A program made the translations under genes and the position numbers. A DNA stretch of 63,700 nt, filler included, from Bacteroidales bacterium (GTDB lineage: Bacteria > Bacteroidota > Bacteroidia > Bacteroidales > CAIWKO01): assembly GCA_035389045.1 (NCBI GenBank). It is 3 parts of 3 records of this genome, joined end to end, with 100 filler letters (N's around TTAATTAATTAA, not from the genome) between each part and the next. Parts side by side here need not be neighbours in the genome. Positions count along the whole stretch, not along the records: positions 1 to 23,098 come from DAOORA010000070.1; 2 more parts are not named here. One strand, written 5' to 3'. Shown here in pieces: positions 1 to 10,333 of the stretch. The notes under the pieces are model-generated. The model saw only the letters and a list, made by a program, of their open reading frames with translations. It was not told the DNA's origin and ran no database searches. Each line of letters opens with the position of its first letter. Position 1 is the stretch's first letter.

Positions 1-369
1 TTTGTAAAATCTATAAAGATAAATACGGTCTATTATTGACATGAAAATCTATGTTCAAAACATCCTAAAACTTCTTCCGCTATTAAAAGTTCAAGAATGT
101 GTTTCTCGATACTTGTGCTTGTTGTACTTATTTTTGCCATGTGCCAAAGCTCGTATTTTTTTTCCAGCGCATCAAATTATGATTTTGCCTCTTTATGCGT
201 CTTTTTTGCTGCAAATCGTTAGATTTTTCGACATAGGATAAACTATGTCTGCAAAATCTGCCTCGTTTCGCTAAAAAATCCATCATATATCTTATGTAAC
301 ATAAAATCAAAACAGTTTCTAATGAAAAGTTTGGTGTCTTTATAACAGGGATCCGATTTATTGAAGATC

Positions 370-1173
370 ATGGAAGCAGGCAAAGCAAAAAAAACTATAT
401 TTGCCCAAATTTTCCTGATGGCCGGCAAACTCAGATATTCCATACTGTTTTTGATTTATAAGAATCTGCAGCTAAAATATAAACACTCGGCATTAGGATT
501 TTTATGGAGCGTGCTGCATCCTTTTTTCTACCTTCTTATTTTCCTGATAATCTTTTCTACGGCGTTTCCCTACATCGAGAATTATCCGCTTTATGTCCTG
601 AGCGGATTGGTGTTCTGGATATTTTTTACGGGAGGTACAAGTCAGATATGTATTGTTTTTATTAAAAATGCTCATATCATCAAGTCGCTGAACCTGCCCA
701 AAACCATTTTTCCCCTGACAGAACTGGGGAGTGAACTAATAAGTTTCTTATTGGCGCTTATTCCCTTCATGGTAATCATGTACTTTTTGGGATTGGACTT
801 CAGCTGGAATATGTTTTATCTTGTTCCTGTGATAGTTCTGTTTTCGGTTTTCATTTTTTCTGTGGGTTTGATACTGGGTTCACTCAATGTGTTTTTCAGG
901 GATGTCGGTATCTTGTGGAATACGATAAACCCTGCATTGTTTTATTTTTCGCCTATAGCATACTCTTATGAAATCATACCTGAAAAATACCATTTCCTGG
1001 TAAAGTATAATCCTATATATCATTTTCTGGAAATAATCAGAGATGTGTTATATGACGGCCGGGCGCCCTCGCTGCATTATACTGTAAACTGTCTTATTAT
1101 CACCGGGGCTTTTGCTTTACTGGCTGTTTTTATTTACCGGAAAACCCGTAATGGTTTCATCTCAAACATATAA
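370..1173 (+). CDS. wzm: ABC-2 type polysaccharide export permease (Wzm/TagG-like)
   Basis: 'LKYKHSALGFLWSVLHP', 'FFRDVG..W', 'FSPIAYS', 'NPIYH' motifs and about 6 TM segments; upstream of an ABC ATPase. Start uncertain (TTG 361, ATG 370 or ATG 418). Confidence 0.9.
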   Translation: MEAGKAKKTIFAQIFLMAGKLRYSILFLIYKNLQLKYKHSALGFLWSVLHPFFYLLIFLIIFSTAFPYIENYPLYVLSGLVFWIFFTGGTSQICIVFIKNAHIIKSLNLPKTIFPLTELGSELISFLLALIPFMVIMYFLGLDFSWNMFYLVPVIVLFSVFIFSVGLILGSLNVFFRDVGILWNTINPALFYFSPIAYSYEIIPEKYHFLVKYNPIYHFLEIIRDVLYDGRAPSLHYTVNCLIITGAFALLAVFIYRKTRNGFISNI

Positions 1174-1177
1174 AGCT

Positions 1178-1933
1178 ATGGATCATCCGGATTACGTTGT
1201 AAAACTTAATAATGTATCAGTTAGCTACATGCAAAACCGGAAGGGTGTCCATTCCATAAAGGATTTTTTTGTGAAGGCAGCATTTTTGAGCCCCTTTCAG
1301 AAGCGCCGCGTATTGCATCACATTGATTTTGAAATATATAAAGGCGATTCTATCGGTGTGTTAGGCCCTAACGGCAGCGGTAAAAGCACCTTGTTGCGCA
1401 CTATTGCCGGAATACTGAAACCGGATGATGGCTGGGTACATTCGCGAATACCAATTTCCCCTCTGCTTACATTGGGTGCCGGTATAGAACTTGAACTTAC
1501 CGGGTATGAGAATATTCGCCTGACCATGGCGCTGACAGGTAATTACGACAAATCTGCAAGGAACGAGTTAATAGGTAAAGTAGCCGATTTTGCTGAGCTC
1601 ACAGATGAGCAACTACGTATGCCGGCCAAGATGTATTCGTCGGGTATGCTTGCCCGTCTTGCCTTCAGCAGCGTAATGACATCACAGCCGGAACTGCTGA
1701 TGATCGACGAGGTACTTGCCGTGGGTGATAAGGGCTTCCAGAAAAAATGCATGGACAGGATACATGAGATACTTGATCACGGAGCTACCCTCTTGTTTAT
1801 CTCGCATAGTCCCGGCGAAGTGAAAGAATTATGTAAAAGAGGTTTGTGCCTCAAAGATGGCCGGATGATCTATAGTGGCAGCTCTGAAGGCGCTGTGGAT
1901 GCATACGAAGACTTATTCAGCACAAAAGTATAA
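1178..1933 (+). CDS. wzt: ABC polysaccharide export ATP-binding protein (Wzt/TagH-like), no C-terminal carbohydrate-binding domain
   Basis: Walker A GPNGSGKST, signature YSSGM, Walker B LMIDEVLAVGD. ATG 1178, just after the wzm stop, is preferred to the ORF-track start at 1112. Confidence 0.92.
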   Translation: MDHPDYVVKLNNVSVSYMQNRKGVHSIKDFFVKAAFLSPFQKRRVLHHIDFEIYKGDSIGVLGPNGSGKSTLLRTIAGILKPDDGWVHSRIPISPLLTLGAGIELELTGYENIRLTMALTGNYDKSARNELIGKVADFAELTDEQLRMPAKMYSSGMLARLAFSSVMTSQPELLMIDEVLAVGDKGFQKKCMDRIHEILDHGATLLFISHSPGEVKELCKRGLCLKDGRMIYSGSSEGAVDAYEDLFSTKV

Positions 1934-2021
1934 TTCTCATACCTCCGGTCGTGCTTTTCAGATAATCCAAATTTCATAACTTTGCAGCGGATAAGGCAGG
2001 AAAACATAGCAAAAAGCAGCC

Positions 2022-4151
2022 ATGGGTGTTAATAAAGAGAGAATTGCAGAAGACAACGACAATGAACAGTTGTATGTATTCCCGGAACCAGAGGATGACG
2101 ACAAAGATCAAAACTGGGAGGTTAAATACAAAGGAGCAAGAAAGGAGATTTCCGAACTTAACAAACAGCTTGCCCTGGCGTTGCGGAGCATGGACAAACT
2201 CATCAAGCAGTTAGCTGAACTCGAGAACAGCAAACTGGTCAAATTCCGTAAGTACTATTATTATTATATAAACCGGCTCAGGTCGAATGTCAGGAAGGAC
2301 AAAGAGCGCAGTTTCTTTTCGGTATTATATAATTATATCTTTAAGCGGGGTGGGAGAGTGCTCCGGATACTCCTGACCAAAATTTTCAGAGCGCTTTATC
2401 TTATCTTTGAAACACGCAAAGTGGTGATCATCGAGGTGACCAGCAATTACTTAGCCAATACCAGCCAGTATTCGCAATACCTGTTGCGAAAAAAGCTCAA
2501 CAAGGAAAAAATTAAATTATACAAAAGGAATACTAAAAGTTTTGAACATAAACCTTTGTTCAGCATTATCATGCCGGTTTATAATCCCCGGATAGACCTG
2601 TTCACCCAGGCGCTTGATTCGGTCATAGGGCAGATTTATGAGTTCTGGGAGTTATGTATCGCCAACGATAGTTCTACCGATCCTGAAGTAAGGGAAATAC
2701 TCGAAAAATACATCAAGGCAGATGACCGGATCCGGGTGGTTTACCGCACTCAGAACGGCCATATATCGCGGGCCTCCAATTCAGCCCTGGAGCTGGCCAC
2801 CGGCGAATATGCGGTACTGATGGATCATGACGACATGCTTCGCGAAGATGCCCTGTATGAAATGGCCAAAGCCATCAATCTGAAAGGCGGTTGCGACCTG
2901 ATTTATTCTGATGAGGACAAGATCGATGAATGGGGTTTGCATTCTGAGCCGCATTTCAAGCCCGACTGGTGTCCTGATAATCTGCTTTCGCGCAATTATC
3001 TTGGCCATGTCTGCGCGTTTAAAACTGCCCAGATCCGTGATGCCGGGGCCTGGCGTGCCGGTTTTGAAGGTAGTCAGGATTATGACCTTGTGCTGAGATA
3101 TACTGAAATGTTCAATGATGTATATCACATTCCCGAGGTGCTTTATCACTGGCGGGTGCACAGCGAAAGCGCCGCCATGAGCGAAGCGGTAAAACCCTAT
3201 GCTTACCGGGCCGCACAGCGTGCTCTTGCCGAAGCTATGGACCGGCGGGGGATGGAAGCAAACGTAGATTTTTTAGACAGTTTCAGAGGTTATTCCATCA
3301 GGTTTACCCTGCAAAACAAAAATGCACTGGTCAGTATTATCATTCCTTCGAAAAATAAAGCCGACCTGCTCCGGAAATGCATAAGGTCTATTGAACGTAA
3401 ATCCAGCTACACGAATTATGAGATCATTGTCATCGACAACAACAGCGATGAGAAAGATTTCTTTGCCCTCATGAAACAGTATACCCGGCAAAATAAGATC
3501 AGGTTCAAGTGTGTGGAAGATAAAAAAGAGTTCAATTTTTCGCGTCTGATAAACCTGGGAAGACAACATGCCAGCGGCGAATACCTTTTGCTGCTGAACA
3601 ACGATACGGAAGTGATCACACCCGACTGGATGGAAGCACTGATGGAGCATGTTCAGCGTAAGGAGGTCGGCGTGGCGGGCGCTAAATTGCTCTACGACAA
3701 TGATACGATACAACATGCAGGCGTCATCATTGGCTTGGGTGGTGTGGCAGGGCATGTGCTTGTGGGTGAGGATCGGGATGGTCCCGGATATTTTAATTAT
3801 GTCAACATGCTGAATACATATTCGGCCCTCACCGGTGCCTGTTTTATGGTGCGCACCTCAGTCTTTGATGAGGCTGGCGGTTTTGACGAAAACTTCGGTA
3901 CGGAATATAACGATGTTGATTTCTGTCTGAAACTGGTTGAAGCAGGTTACCATAACCTGTATGTCCCTCATTGCGAGCTATACCATTATGAATCCCTTTC
4001 CAGGGGACACCCGCACAGCACCAGCGAATCATACAAGAAGCATGTGAGAGAAGTGAACCTGTTCAGGAAAAAATGGAAGAAATATGTGGAACACGATCCG
4101 TGTTATAATCCGAACCTTTCGCTGGGTGTTCATAATTTCGGAATGAAATAG
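2022..4151 (+). CDS. Two-domain GT2 family glycosyltransferase with N-terminal coiled-coil-like extension
   Basis: 'FSIIMPVYN...DHDD...YSDED...SQDYDL' and second domain 'VSIIIP..N...LLNND...TGAC...YNDVDFCL'. Confidence 0.92.
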   Translation: MGVNKERIAEDNDNEQLYVFPEPEDDDKDQNWEVKYKGARKEISELNKQLALALRSMDKLIKQLAELENSKLVKFRKYYYYYINRLRSNVRKDKERSFFSVLYNYIFKRGGRVLRILLTKIFRALYLIFETRKVVIIEVTSNYLANTSQYSQYLLRKKLNKEKIKLYKRNTKSFEHKPLFSIIMPVYNPRIDLFTQALDSVIGQIYEFWELCIANDSSTDPEVREILEKYIKADDRIRVVYRTQNGHISRASNSALELATGEYAVLMDHDDMLREDALYEMAKAINLKGGCDLIYSDEDKIDEWGLHSEPHFKPDWCPDNLLSRNYLGHVCAFKTAQIRDAGAWRAGFEGSQDYDLVLRYTEMFNDVYHIPEVLYHWRVHSESAAMSEAVKPYAYRAAQRALAEAMDRRGMEANVDFLDSFRGYSIRFTLQNKNALVSIIIPSKNKADLLRKCIRSIERKSSYTNYEIIVIDNNSDEKDFFALMKQYTRQNKIRFKCVEDKKEFNFSRLINLGRQHASGEYLLLLNNDTEVITPDWMEALMEHVQRKEVGVAGAKLLYDNDTIQHAGVIIGLGGVAGHVLVGEDRDGPGYFNYVNMLNTYSALTGACFMVRTSVFDEAGGFDENFGTEYNDVDFCLKLVEAGYHNLYVPHCELYHYESLSRGHPHSTSESYKKHVREVNLFRKKWKKYVEHDPCYNPNLSLGVHNFGMK

Positions 4152-4181
4152 AAATACGGGAAATATTCCCAACATAAACTA

Positions 4182-5708
4182 ATGATTATCAACTTTCTAT
4201 ATTGCATTGATTATCCTGCTGGTTCGGAAAAACCTGATAAAGCCGATAGCATTGACGGATGGTTGCTGTGCTCTCGACCGTTAAAGAAAATAACCCTAGC
4301 GGAGGATGAAAGTGCAGGCCACACTTTTGAATACGGTTTGTCAAGGCCTGATGTTGCGCAGATTTTCAAAAACTTTCCGGGGAACGTTTTGTGTGGTTTT
4401 ACCATTCATAAGGGGCAGCTTGCCATTGATATGAAAAAAAAACTGTTGTTGGATGCGGAAATCCTGACAGCTGAAGGAAAGATAAATAAAACAGGAATTG
4501 CATTGGATTTAAAGGCTCCTGTAATAAGGGATATAGAAATTGATAGCAGGCAGATATGTTCTGAATGGAAATTTCACAGAACGGAAAAGAAGTACTTTAA
4601 AGCACTAAAAAAGCATCCCTGGATTACCATCCGTATGGATATCACCAATAAATGCAACCTGAGGTGCATCATGTGCCATTACAAAGAAAAGGAAATCTAT
4701 TCCAGACCGGCACAAAACATCACTCCCGGTGAACTGAAGAAACAACTACATGATATTTCGCCTTTTGTAAAGCATATCATGCTTTCGTGCGGTTACGAGC
4801 CGCTGATGTCGAAGTATTTTTCAGATATTTTGAAAATGATATATGAAAATTATCCGCATATGGAGATGGCGATGTGTACCAATGGCATGTTGCTCGATTC
4901 GCGGGCACGTAAAGCTATCATTGAGAACAAAGTAGCCAGTGTCTTGTTTTCGCTCGATGGCGCTACGAAAAATACAGTCGAAAAAATCAGGGTGGGGGTG
5001 AACTATGAAAAAGTAATCGGCAATATCATGGCTTTGCGCGATCTGAAACGTAAATACAACAGGATATACCCCTTGATGAACATGGATTTTGTGCTAATGA
5101 ATTCCAATATTCATGAGGCGCCGGCCTTTGTGGAACTGTGCAGTCAGCTGGGTATGGAGCTGATTGACTTCCGGCATCTTGTGGGTAATGTTTTTTTTAG
5201 TGAACACGATGAGATGCTGAACCACAATAAAGAAAAATACAACTTTTACAGGCAACGGATCATTGATGAAGCAAAAAAATTCAATATCCATGTAAGGCTT
5301 CCGGAGCCTTTTGATGTTTCCGGCCGCTTTGAACAGGAAACTGCGCCGGTTGTCGCCCTTAGCGATTTTATGAATGTAAAGCCGGATGTGCAAACCGAAG
5401 ATATTATCGATACGGGGGATTTTGTTCCCTCAAAGGGCGATGATGCTGATTTTGAATTTCTTAACGGTGCAGATTGCCTGAGGCCTTTCAATGAAATAAT
5501 GATCGTGGATCAGAAAAAGATCCTTCCCTGTTCGTATTACAGCGATGCTATGGCGATGCTTGATGATGAAAAGACAAGTCTGGCCACTGTTTTTTTTAAT
5601 GAGAATTATAAAGAAGTTCGCCGAAAAAAGATCTTATCCCGTTTTGATCACAATTGTATCAACTGCCCCATAAAATCAAATTTGTTACCTACCGATATTG
5701 TCAGGTAA
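4182..5708 (+). CDS. Radical SAM protein with C-terminal SPASM/twitch-like Cys cluster
   Basis: CxxxCxxC (CNLRCIMC), GYEP, TNG, SLDG; C-terminal 'CLRPF...PC...CINC'. Confidence 0.88.
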   Translation: MIINFLYCIDYPAGSEKPDKADSIDGWLLCSRPLKKITLAEDESAGHTFEYGLSRPDVAQIFKNFPGNVLCGFTIHKGQLAIDMKKKLLLDAEILTAEGKINKTGIALDLKAPVIRDIEIDSRQICSEWKFHRTEKKYFKALKKHPWITIRMDITNKCNLRCIMCHYKEKEIYSRPAQNITPGELKKQLHDISPFVKHIMLSCGYEPLMSKYFSDILKMIYENYPHMEMAMCTNGMLLDSRARKAIIENKVASVLFSLDGATKNTVEKIRVGVNYEKVIGNIMALRDLKRKYNRIYPLMNMDFVLMNSNIHEAPAFVELCSQLGMELIDFRHLVGNVFFSEHDEMLNHNKEKYNFYRQRIIDEAKKFNIHVRLPEPFDVSGRFEQETAPVVALSDFMNVKPDVQTEDIIDTGDFVPSKGDDADFEFLNGADCLRPFNEIMIVDQKKILPCSYYSDAMAMLDDEKTSLATVFFNENYKEVRRKKILSRFDHNCINCPIKSNLLPTDIVR

Positions 5709-7418
5709 AAATAGTGATGCTTTATAGATGGTATGGCTTTTCTTCAGTTTCTGTGCTTTGCCTGTATTGGCATCAAACACCCATGCACTGATCACCAGAG
5801 TATCGGCAGGAATGTTATTTATTGAAAAGGTTTTTTTCCAGTTTATACTGTCGTTGTTGTACAATGTAAAAGCCACGGATTGCCCTTTTTTATTGTCATA
5901 ACTCAGTATTATGGCATCAGCCGGTCCGTCTGTTCCCGGCAATCGGGCACAACCTGAAGCGATATAAGAGGTGTCATTTAATCTTATAAGTGTATCAAAA
6001 GATCCAAAATCAAAACCCTGGTTTTCTGAACTTTCAATATGCTGCATAATGTTGCTTTTTATCAATCCGGGCCGGAGCAAATTAAGGGAATCAAGGGTTG
6101 AAGCTCTTTTTTTAAACTTTTCAAATTCAAATGGGTAGACCTTGTTTTCATAATCTTCCGGGCTGATATAGTTAATGAATAGCAATCCGGCTTTTCCGTG
6201 TTGTATCATAGCATGAAATGCCTTGAGGTCGGTCACGGAATCGGGGTATTTATCGGCCCTGTTCCAGAGTAGCAGGCCGATGAGTATTGCAAGAGCTGAT
6301 TTTTGCAATAGTTTCAGAGGTTTTTTGCCTGCCCTGTGCCTGATAATAATGGCAGACAGGAAGAGTATGGACACGATCAGATACAGCGAAAAAGTGGTAT
6401 AGCGAGGTGTGAGTGATTGCACCAGGCCGAAACCGAGTCTGCCTGCAGTGATCAGCGCGGTAGTGCCGAGGGAATATAATCCCAAAACGATCCACACCAG
6501 CGTATCACGTATCAATGATTTATCCTTGTAATGCCATGCCACATAGAGCAGCAGAATGAAATATACAGACAAAAGCACGGCGCCGACAATGATAATGGTA
6601 TTCAGTGAATGAATGACCCTGAGCGGGTTTCCCAGTACACCGCAGAAATATTTCAGGGCTTCTGCCGGGTAGGTGAATAATAAAGTGGTACTGGGATGAT
6701 TTACCGGGTTTTTGTAGTTGATAAAATACAGGCATAATGTGATCAGAGTTCCTGTTGCCCAGGCATATATTACCGGCCATTTCCGGAAGAAGACCCTGTT
6801 TGGTTCAGAAACATAAAACAGCGGGAATAGTAAAAACCAGCTGATTATTCCGTTGGCTGCAGAGAATGTGCTGATGGTGGAGAGGATCATGCCAGCAAAC
6901 AGTTTCAGGCGAACGTTGGCCTTCGAATATATCACCACCATGCCGGAAGTTATGCAGAGCAAAGGCAGAAAATATTCGATCTGGACGCCAAAAAGCCAGT
7001 TCTCATATTGGAACGGTCCAAAAATAAAAAGGTTGGCGAGGAAAAACACCAGCCACTTCTGCCATTTTGCACTACTGACGGTATAGGAAGCCAGGCGGAA
7101 CACAGTATATGAAATAAGACAGGCCATAATAAATATCACCACCATTTCGTACCTGACATTCCAATGGGTAAGAGAACCCAGGCCGACAAATATCAGGTTG
7201 GGAAACAGTTGCCTGTATTCACCCTGAAGTTTGAACAGCTCATTAAAGGTCAGTGTGCCTTTTGCCAGATGATCAAAAAAACTTACGTATTCCCACTGAT
7301 CCATGTAAGGGACATCAACGCCGTAGCGAAGAATAGAATAAAGTATGAAACCCGCATATATGGCCGAAAGGCATATAACAATGACTGGCACATATTTTAA
7401 TACTCTTCTGATATTCAT
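5685..7418 (-). CDS. Polytopic membrane protein, putative GT-C fold (lipid-phosphate-sugar dependent) glycosyltransferase
   Basis: About 11 hydrophobic segments; 'DVPYMDQW' acidic first loop; 'ITAGRLGFG...RY' motif; soluble C-terminal domain; co-oriented with an ArnC-like GT2. Confidence 0.55.
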   Translation of the reverse strand: MNIRRVLKYVPVIVICLSAIYAGFILYSILRYGVDVPYMDQWEYVSFFDHLAKGTLTFNELFKLQGEYRQLFPNLIFVGLGSLTHWNVRYEMVVIFIMACLISYTVFRLASYTVSSAKWQKWLVFFLANLFIFGPFQYENWLFGVQIEYFLPLLCITSGMVVIYSKANVRLKLFAGMILSTISTFSAANGIISWFLLFPLFYVSEPNRVFFRKWPVIYAWATGTLITLCLYFINYKNPVNHPSTTLLFTYPAEALKYFCGVLGNPLRVIHSLNTIIIVGAVLLSVYFILLLYVAWHYKDKSLIRDTLVWIVLGLYSLGTTALITAGRLGFGLVQSLTPRYTTFSLYLIVSILFLSAIIIRHRAGKKPLKLLQKSALAILIGLLLWNRADKYPDSVTDLKAFHAMIQHGKAGLLFINYISPEDYENKVYPFEFEKFKKRASTLDSLNLLRPGLIKSNIMQHIESSENQGFDFGSFDTLIRLNDTSYIASGCARLPGTDGPADAIILSYDNKKGQSVAFTLYNNDSINWKKTFSINNIPADTLVISAWVFDANTGKAQKLKKSHTIYKASLFLPDNIGR

Positions 7419-7493
7419 GATAAGGGTCAGAAAACACTTTTGTGTACCTGCAAAAGTACGGTTTTTCGGCTATCGATTAACCCTCACCGGATT

Positions 7494-8276
7494 TCACCGT
7501 GAAGAATAATGTAGCGGAGACGAAACCTTAACCGTTTTTTTTGCCAGCACTAATACCGACAAACCAAAAGGAAGTGAAAAATGTTTTAATAATGAATTTT
7601 CTAATAGCATGATTGATAAAAAGATGCGGTTAACAAAGGGCGAGGGAAGCCTGACTTCATTATGTTCAGTATCACGGGCACTGAATATTTTATCGAACAG
7701 CCGTTTTATCAATGCCACGGGAAACAACAGACAAACACAATATGAAATTTTTACGACTTCAAAACCGTTGTTTTCCATTAAATGCCGGACCTGTTTTCTT
7801 GTATATCTTTTCCGCGCATGTACCACCTCATCATGCCTGCTGAACAGGAATGAATAGGCCGGTACCGTCAAAAGAAGATGGCCGTTTTTTTTAAGACAGG
7901 TATGAAAATTTTTAACCGCCAGTTCATCATTGACCTCCCGGTGATAAATTACATCAAAACTTGTTATAAGATCGAATGAAGATTTTTCAAAAGCATAAGT
8001 ATTTATATCTCCGCAGACGAGGTTGAGCGGCACCGGACGCGATTTGGCATAATCCAGGGCTATTTCGTGATTGTCAATGCCGGTTTCAATGATGTTATAC
8101 GATTTTTTCAGGAGATGAAGCCAACCACCTGTGCCACAGCCGGCATCCAGAAGCCTTAAACTATTTTTCAAAATATTCTTTGACCGGAGAATGTTGATAA
8201 AGATTTCACGGTTGCCAACGTACCACCAATGATGGTCTTCAGCTTCAAACATATATTGATATTGTTGAGACTTCAT
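7494..8276 (-). CDS. Class I SAM-dependent methyltransferase
   Basis: LDAGCGTG motif I; 'FDVIYH', 'LLTVPAY...HD...H..RY'. Confidence 0.88.
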   Translation of the reverse strand: MKSQQYQYMFEAEDHHWWYVGNREIFINILRSKNILKNSLRLLDAGCGTGGWLHLLKKSYNIIETGIDNHEIALDYAKSRPVPLNLVCGDINTYAFEKSSFDLITSFDVIYHREVNDELAVKNFHTCLKKNGHLLLTVPAYSFLFSRHDEVVHARKRYTRKQVRHLMENNGFEVVKISYCVCLLFPVALIKRLFDKIFSARDTEHNEVRLPSPFVNRIFLSIMLLENSLLKHFSLPFGLSVLVLAKKTVKVSSPLHYSSR

Positions 8277-8332
8277 TGTGTTTATCTTGCAAAATCGCTT
8301 ATGAATTTTGAATTACGAACAATCGAAAATTT

Positions 8333-10000
8333 CTAATCGCAAATAACTATTTTTTTTGTTTCAGCAATTTTATCATCAACAATTATCTTAAAAACGTACA
8401 ATCCGCTACTGAGTTTATTTTTGTTAAAAAGTATTTTGCTGCAATCGGCATATCTGCTTTTAGATATAAGCTGACCCTGAATGTTATATACTTCAATTCC
8501 AATGCTGTTATGGGTTTGGCCAAAGGATATCTTTGTTGAAAGGCTAAAAGGGTTGGGAGAAACCGAAATATTTGATATTCTATTTAAATCATCAATTCCA
8601 TTAACTTCAGGCTGTTTCATCTTTGCTATAAAAATATCCAACATATGCGAAATCCCAACATAATGATTCGTCAGAGTAATATTGTTAAAAGTGAGTGTAG
8701 GACTTCTGAAACCTCCTGTTACATATAAATTGGCTGCGGCATCCACAGCAACAGAGTTTGCTCCATCATGTTGAGTTCCTCCTTCATTTATTGCCCAGAG
8801 AGCATTGCCATCGGTATCGTATTTAACTATATAAATATCATCATAAGTTAAAGATGAGTTATCCAATGTTAAAGAACCAAAGGTTATACTATCACTTTTG
8901 AAACTACCTACAAAATAGGAAGACCCAAAAGCATCCACGGCAACAGATAATCCAAAATCAAAGCCATACCCTCCGGCGCTTTTTGCCCAATGCACATTGC
9001 CATCCATATCTGTTTTTATAAAAAAAACATCATTAGAAGCAGGATAATAATTTGTTAGAATTATGGAATCAACATATAAGCTGTACCCATCATAATAACC
9101 TGTTACATAAGGGTTGCCTGCATTGTCCACAGCAACGCAGGCTCCTATACCCCACCCCGTTCCAATAAAGTTTTTTGCCCATATTACGTTCCCATTGGTA
9201 TCATATTTTACGAGAAAAACACCTGTATTTTCAAATGTAACCGAATCAAACGAAATAGAGGGACTAGTATCATAACCTGTTATATAGACATTGTTTAAAT
9301 TATCTATCGCAATAGAAAGCGCATTATCATTATTTATTCCTCCGGCACTTTTTGCCCAAAGTATGTTCCCATTAGTATCTAATTTTGCAAGAAAAATATC
9401 ATGATACCATGCTTGAGGATGAGCATTTACTAAGGTGATATATCCGAAAATGAGCGAATCACTTCTGAAATTCCCTGTCATATAAGCATTCCCTGAATGA
9501 TCAAGTGCAATAGAAGCCCAATCTCCGTATCCCTTCATGGATTTAGCCCAAATTAAATTACCATTGGCATCGTATTTTAAAATAAATAATGCATTTGCAA
9601 TGGTAACTGAGCCAACAGTAAATTGACCTCTCCCATATCCGACAGCATAAACGTTTCCCAATATATCAACTTTCAAAGAAGTAACAATTCCTGACATAAT
9701 ACATTTTCCATTTTTAGTCCATAATACATTTCCAATTGAATCGTATTTTACAATAAACCAATCCGTATTACCAGACATCCCATTATAAGGATCTGTCAAA
9801 GTATCAGAACCAAGTATTATAGATGGGCTTCTGAAATAGCCTGCAATATATACATTTCCGGAAGCATCGGTTGTTACAATATTTGGGACATCTTCTAAGG
9901 TGCCTCCCGAACTTTTTGCCCAAAGCCAGTTGGGGGTTTGTCCAAATGATAAATTAGTTAGCCAATTTACTATTAGTACAAGAAAAATTGTATTTTTCAT
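8333..10000 (-). CDS. SBBP-type beta-propeller repeat protein with T9SS type A sorting domain
   Basis: Signal peptide; repeated 'D..GN.Y.TG.F...D.F..KYD..GN..WAK' units; C-terminal 'SPNPF...IEVYNIQGQ...LSSGLY...KKIVI'. Confidence 0.88.
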   Translation of the reverse strand: MKNTIFLVLIVNWLTNLSFGQTPNWLWAKSSGGTLEDVPNIVTTDASGNVYIAGYFRSPSIILGSDTLTDPYNGMSGNTDWFIVKYDSIGNVLWTKNGKCIMSGIVTSLKVDILGNVYAVGYGRGQFTVGSVTIANALFILKYDANGNLIWAKSMKGYGDWASIALDHSGNAYMTGNFRSDSLIFGYITLVNAHPQAWYHDIFLAKLDTNGNILWAKSAGGINNDNALSIAIDNLNNVYITGYDTSPSISFDSVTFENTGVFLVKYDTNGNVIWAKNFIGTGWGIGACVAVDNAGNPYVTGYYDGYSLYVDSIILTNYYPASNDVFFIKTDMDGNVHWAKSAGGYGFDFGLSVAVDAFGSSYFVGSFKSDSITFGSLTLDNSSLTYDDIYIVKYDTDGNALWAINEGGTQHDGANSVAVDAAANLYVTGGFRSPTLTFNNITLTNHYVGISHMLDIFIAKMKQPEVNGIDDLNRISNISVSPNPFSLSTKISFGQTHNSIGIEVYNIQGQLISKSRYADCSKILFNKNKLSSGLYVFKIIVDDKIAETKKIVICD

Positions 10001-10037
10001 TTTACCAGTTATATCATCTGTAAAAATTAAAACATAG

Positions 10038-10333
10038 GTAACTATTCACCCCATTGAAAATATCATAATGAAATTCTATAAGACTTGATATACTTGTTAT
10101 TAAGAATGATTTTTGTCACGCGCATTAATAGGAGATTCCTCGCTTTGCTCGGAATGACAATTCAGTTTTGGAGGGTATAGGGAGGAGGAAAGCAGCGGGG
10201 CGCTTTGCGCCCCGCTGCTTTCCTCCTCCCAAATAACAAACCCTAATGTCATTCCGAATGGAGTACCGATGGCCATCGGTACGAAATGAGGAATCTCTTT
10301 GTTTTCAAGTACTTCAACGGGGTGAATAGTCAC
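10038..10333. mobile_element. MITE with about 22-bp terminal inverted repeats and 8-bp target-site duplication (IS66-like ends)
   Basis: Left end GTAACTATTCACCCCATTGAAA; right end reverse complement GTGACTATTCACCCCGTTGAAG; AAACATAG at both 10030-10037 and 10334-10341; no transposase inside. Confidence 0.85.

Noticed and set aside
33..140. 35-aa minus-strand ORF (MAKIST…ILELLIAEEVLGCFE…) vaguely like a transposase-associated N-terminal fragment
   Set aside because: Too short and the similarity is only an impression; needs a tBLASTn search
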